Shown here: positions 30,124 through 32,000 of the stretch, in pieces
Numbering within the stretch: the first letter of the stretch is position 1
Layout: each line of letters starts with the position of its first letter
Source: Synechococcus elongatus PCC 6301
Lineage (GTDB): Bacteria > Cyanobacteriota > Cyanobacteriia > Synechococcales > Synechococcaceae
DNA length: 32,000 nucleotides
Direction: 5' to 3'
NCBI RefSeq assembly: GCF_000010065.1
Contig: NC_006576.1
Location: 60,001-92,000 of the forward strand
Made by a program: the position numbers and the translations under genes
The notes under the pieces: model-generated
Told to the model about the DNA's origin: nothing
The model's database searches: none
Seen by the model: only the letters and a program-made list of their open reading frames with translations

Positions 30124-30307
30124 GGTAGCAGATGGGCGGGGTGCCCTTAGTCTTTCACAACTTTTGCGAAAGTGTAGACTCCGCTGTCAGTCATTCATCT
30201 GGCTGCGATCGCATCTGGGTGTTCGCTAGAGCACAAACAGCCTGTCTCGCTACACCCCTTGGCAAACCTGTGTTAATGATCAAACTCAAGCACTTCACCG
30301 AGAACTC

Positions 30308-30400
30308 ATGTCAGCGGAAAAACCTTGTCAGCACTGCGGTCGCACCAGTACCAATGGCAAAAAATGCAAGGGAAAGTGTGTCGGTGACAGTGACTATTAA
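30308..30400 (+). CDS. Candidate 30-aa Cys-rich microprotein
   Basis: Own translation: MSAEKPCQHCGRTSTNGKKCKGKCVGDSDY*. CxxC-x9-CxxxC, highly charged; below the 60-aa threshold of the track. Confidence 0.55.
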   Translation: MSAEKPCQHCGRTSTNGKKCKGKCVGDSDY

Positions 30401-30510
30401 AGTTACTGGTGCACCATCAAGAATCAATTACTAGAACAGCGATCGCAATCAGCCAGGCATTGCGCGAGATTGTCTAGCCTTGATCTCAACTAAAGACTTT
30501 AATCTTTTCT

Positions 30511-30603
30511 TTAGCTTTTAGGATTACAGGTAGTCGCAATGCGATAGTGCAGGTCCCCAGCCTGCGATTGCTGATCATCCACGAAGAAGACACCGCGAGC
30601 CAT
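30511..30603 (-). CDS. Possible 30-aa ORF (low confidence; may extend upstream)
   Basis: Own translation: MARGVFFVDDQQSQAGDLHYRIATTCNPKS*; frame stays open upstream (…QPNLCLCLSELRRLAA-M). Confidence 0.2.
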   Translation of the reverse strand: MARGVFFVDDQQSQAGDLHYRIATTCNPKS

Positions 30604-30691
30604 GGCGGCCAGCCGCCGAAGCTCTGACAAACAGAGGCACAGGTTAGGCTGAAAAGGCTCTTGGCGATCGCCCGTTCTCCCTTGCACCTCT

Positions 30692-32000
30692 ATGGCTGTT
30701 GCTTCACTGTCCTGCCCAGAATTGTTGGCACCTGCGGGCGACTGGGACTGTCTGCGAGCTGCGATTGAAAATGGGGCGGATGCCGTCTACTTCGGCCTCG
30801 ATCGCTTTAATGCACGGATGCGAGCCCACAACTTTACCGAGGCGGATCTACCAAAAGTGGTGGCGACGCTTCACCAACGGGGGCTCAAAGCTTATGTCAC
30901 CCTCAATACCCTGATCTTCCCGCAGGAACTCCCTGCTGCTGAGCAATACCTGCGATCGATCATCAGTGCCGGCGTCGATGCCGCGATCGTGCAGGACGTG
31001 GGGTTGTGTCGGCTGATTCGGCACCTCTCGCCGACCTTCCCGATCCACGCCTCCACTCAAATGACGATCAGTAGCGCAGCAGGTGTGGCTTTTGCCCACG
31101 ATCTGGGCTGTCAACTTGTGGTGTTAGCGCGGGAAAATTCTCTTGCCGAAATCCAAAAAATTCGCCAACAAACGACGGTTCTGAACAAAGCGTTGCCGCT
31201 GGAGGTCTTTGTCCACGGCGCATTGTGCGTGGCTTACAGCGGCGCTTGCCTCACCTCCGAAGCCTTGGGTGGGCGATCGGCCAATCGCGGCGAATGTGCC
31301 CAAGCTTGCCGCATGAGCTACGACCTGATTGCTGATGGTCAGACGATTGACCTAGGCGATCGCCAGTACTTGCTCAGTCCCCAAGATTTGATGGGCATTG
31401 AACTGTTGCCGGAACTGATCGCAGCTGGCGTCTGCAGTCTCAAAATCGAAGGTCGGCTCAAGGCACCCGAGTATGTGGCTAGTGTGACCCGCCGCTATCG
31501 CGAGGCGATTGATCGCGCTTGGTTGGGACAAAGCACAGAACTACCTCCCAGCGATCGCTATGAACTAGAGATGGCCTTTTCGCGGGGCCTCTCCTCTGGC
31601 TGGTTGCAGGGCATTGATAATCAAGCGTTAGTTCAAGGTCGCTACGCCAAAAAGCGAGGTGTTGATCTAGGGAGCGTCTTGGCAGTCGATCGCCGGGGCA
31701 TTCAGGTCGAGCCGCTAGTGCCGATTCAGGCTGGAGATGGCTTGCTAATTGAAACCGAGCGGGGCGATCGCGGCGGCCGTGTCTATCAGGTGGAACCGAT
31801 CGCAGGTCAACGTCTGCGCCTTTGTTTCAGCCGCGATTTTGATCTGCGAGCCGTGCAAGTGGGCGATCGCCTCTGGAAAACCAGTGATCCTGCTCTCGAA
31901 AAAGAACTGCGCCAAAGTTTTAGTGCGGAGCAACCCCGCTGGAAGCAGCCGGTGGATCTAACAGTGCAGGGTGCGATCGATCAGCCCTTAGTTGTGATTG
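30692..32000 (+). CDS. Peptidase U32 family protein, truncated by the window edge
   Basis: Own translation from ATG 30692: MAVASLSCPELLAPAGDWDCLRAAIENGADAVYFGLDRFNARMRAHNF..., later LEVFVHGALCVAYSGACLTSEALGGRSANRGECAQACR (U32 signature). Open to the end of the window. Confidence 0.93.
   Translation, partial: MAVASLSCPELLAPAGDWDCLRAAIENGADAVYFGLDRFNARMRAHNFTEADLPKVVATLHQRGLKAYVTLNTLIFPQELPAAEQYLRSIISAGVDAAIVQDVGLCRLIRHLSPTFPIHASTQMTISSAAGVAFAHDLGCQLVVLARENSLAEIQKIRQQTTVLNKALPLEVFVHGALCVAYSGACLTSEALGGRSANRGECAQACRMSYDLIADGQTIDLGDRQYLLSPQDLMGIELLPELIAAGVCSLKIEGRLKAPEYVASVTRRYREAIDRAWLGQSTELPPSDRYELEMAFSRGLSSGWLQGIDNQALVQGRYAKKRGVDLGSVLAVDRRGIQVEPLVPIQAGDGLLIETERGDRGGRVYQVEPIAGQRLRLCFSRDFDLRAVQVGDRLWKTSDPALEKELRQSFSAEQPRWKQPVDLTVQGAIDQPLVVI

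Noticed and set aside
1-32000. CRISPR array, phage defence island, transposon or prophage
   Set aside because: No regularly spaced repeats, integrase, transposase or defence-type proteins seen; the content is core chromosomal genes.
30692-32000. 71-aa ORF at 30699-30914 reported in the track
   Set aside because: It overlaps out of frame with the U32 peptidase frame beginning at 30692, which carries the recognisable family sequence.

Overview
The window looks like ordinary chromosomal DNA from a unicellular cyanobacterium. It is dense in the HIP1 octamer GCGATCGC, and gene content and protein sequences fit Synechococcus elongatus (PCC 7942/6301 type). Recognition is from memory of protein families; no search was run. 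In order: creatininase-family protein; alkane pathway pair (aldehyde-deformylating oxygenase, acyl-ACP reductase); accA; SDR; folE; PhzF-like; SpoIID-like; Ap4A phosphorylase-like; DUF2256; SpoU/TrmJ-like methyltransferase; beta-lactamase-like; DUF3370-like; membrane protein; fasciclin; SLH-type porin; GDP-mannose pyrophosphorylase/isomerase; AdoCbl-dependent ribonucleotide reductase interrupted by a 370-aa LAGLIDADG intein; pntB/pntA2/pntA1; DUF2808; rpmH-rnpA-PH-yidC-jag-DUF177-ycf46; B12-binding radical SAM protein; a U32 peptidase running off the right edge. I see no CRISPR, transposon, prophage, rRNA or tRNA, and no convincing new multigene system. The best second looks are: (1) an apparent 1-nt frameshift destroying the C-terminal beta-signal of the porin; (2) an apparent +1 frameshift splitting the DUF177/YceD gene; (3) an intein placed so its +1 residue is the likely catalytic radical cysteine of the reductase; (4) an unannotated 30-codon Cys-rich micro-ORF at 30308-30400; (5) an Ig-like periplasmic insertion in YidC; (6) the SDR and folE genes next to the alkane/accA cluster.
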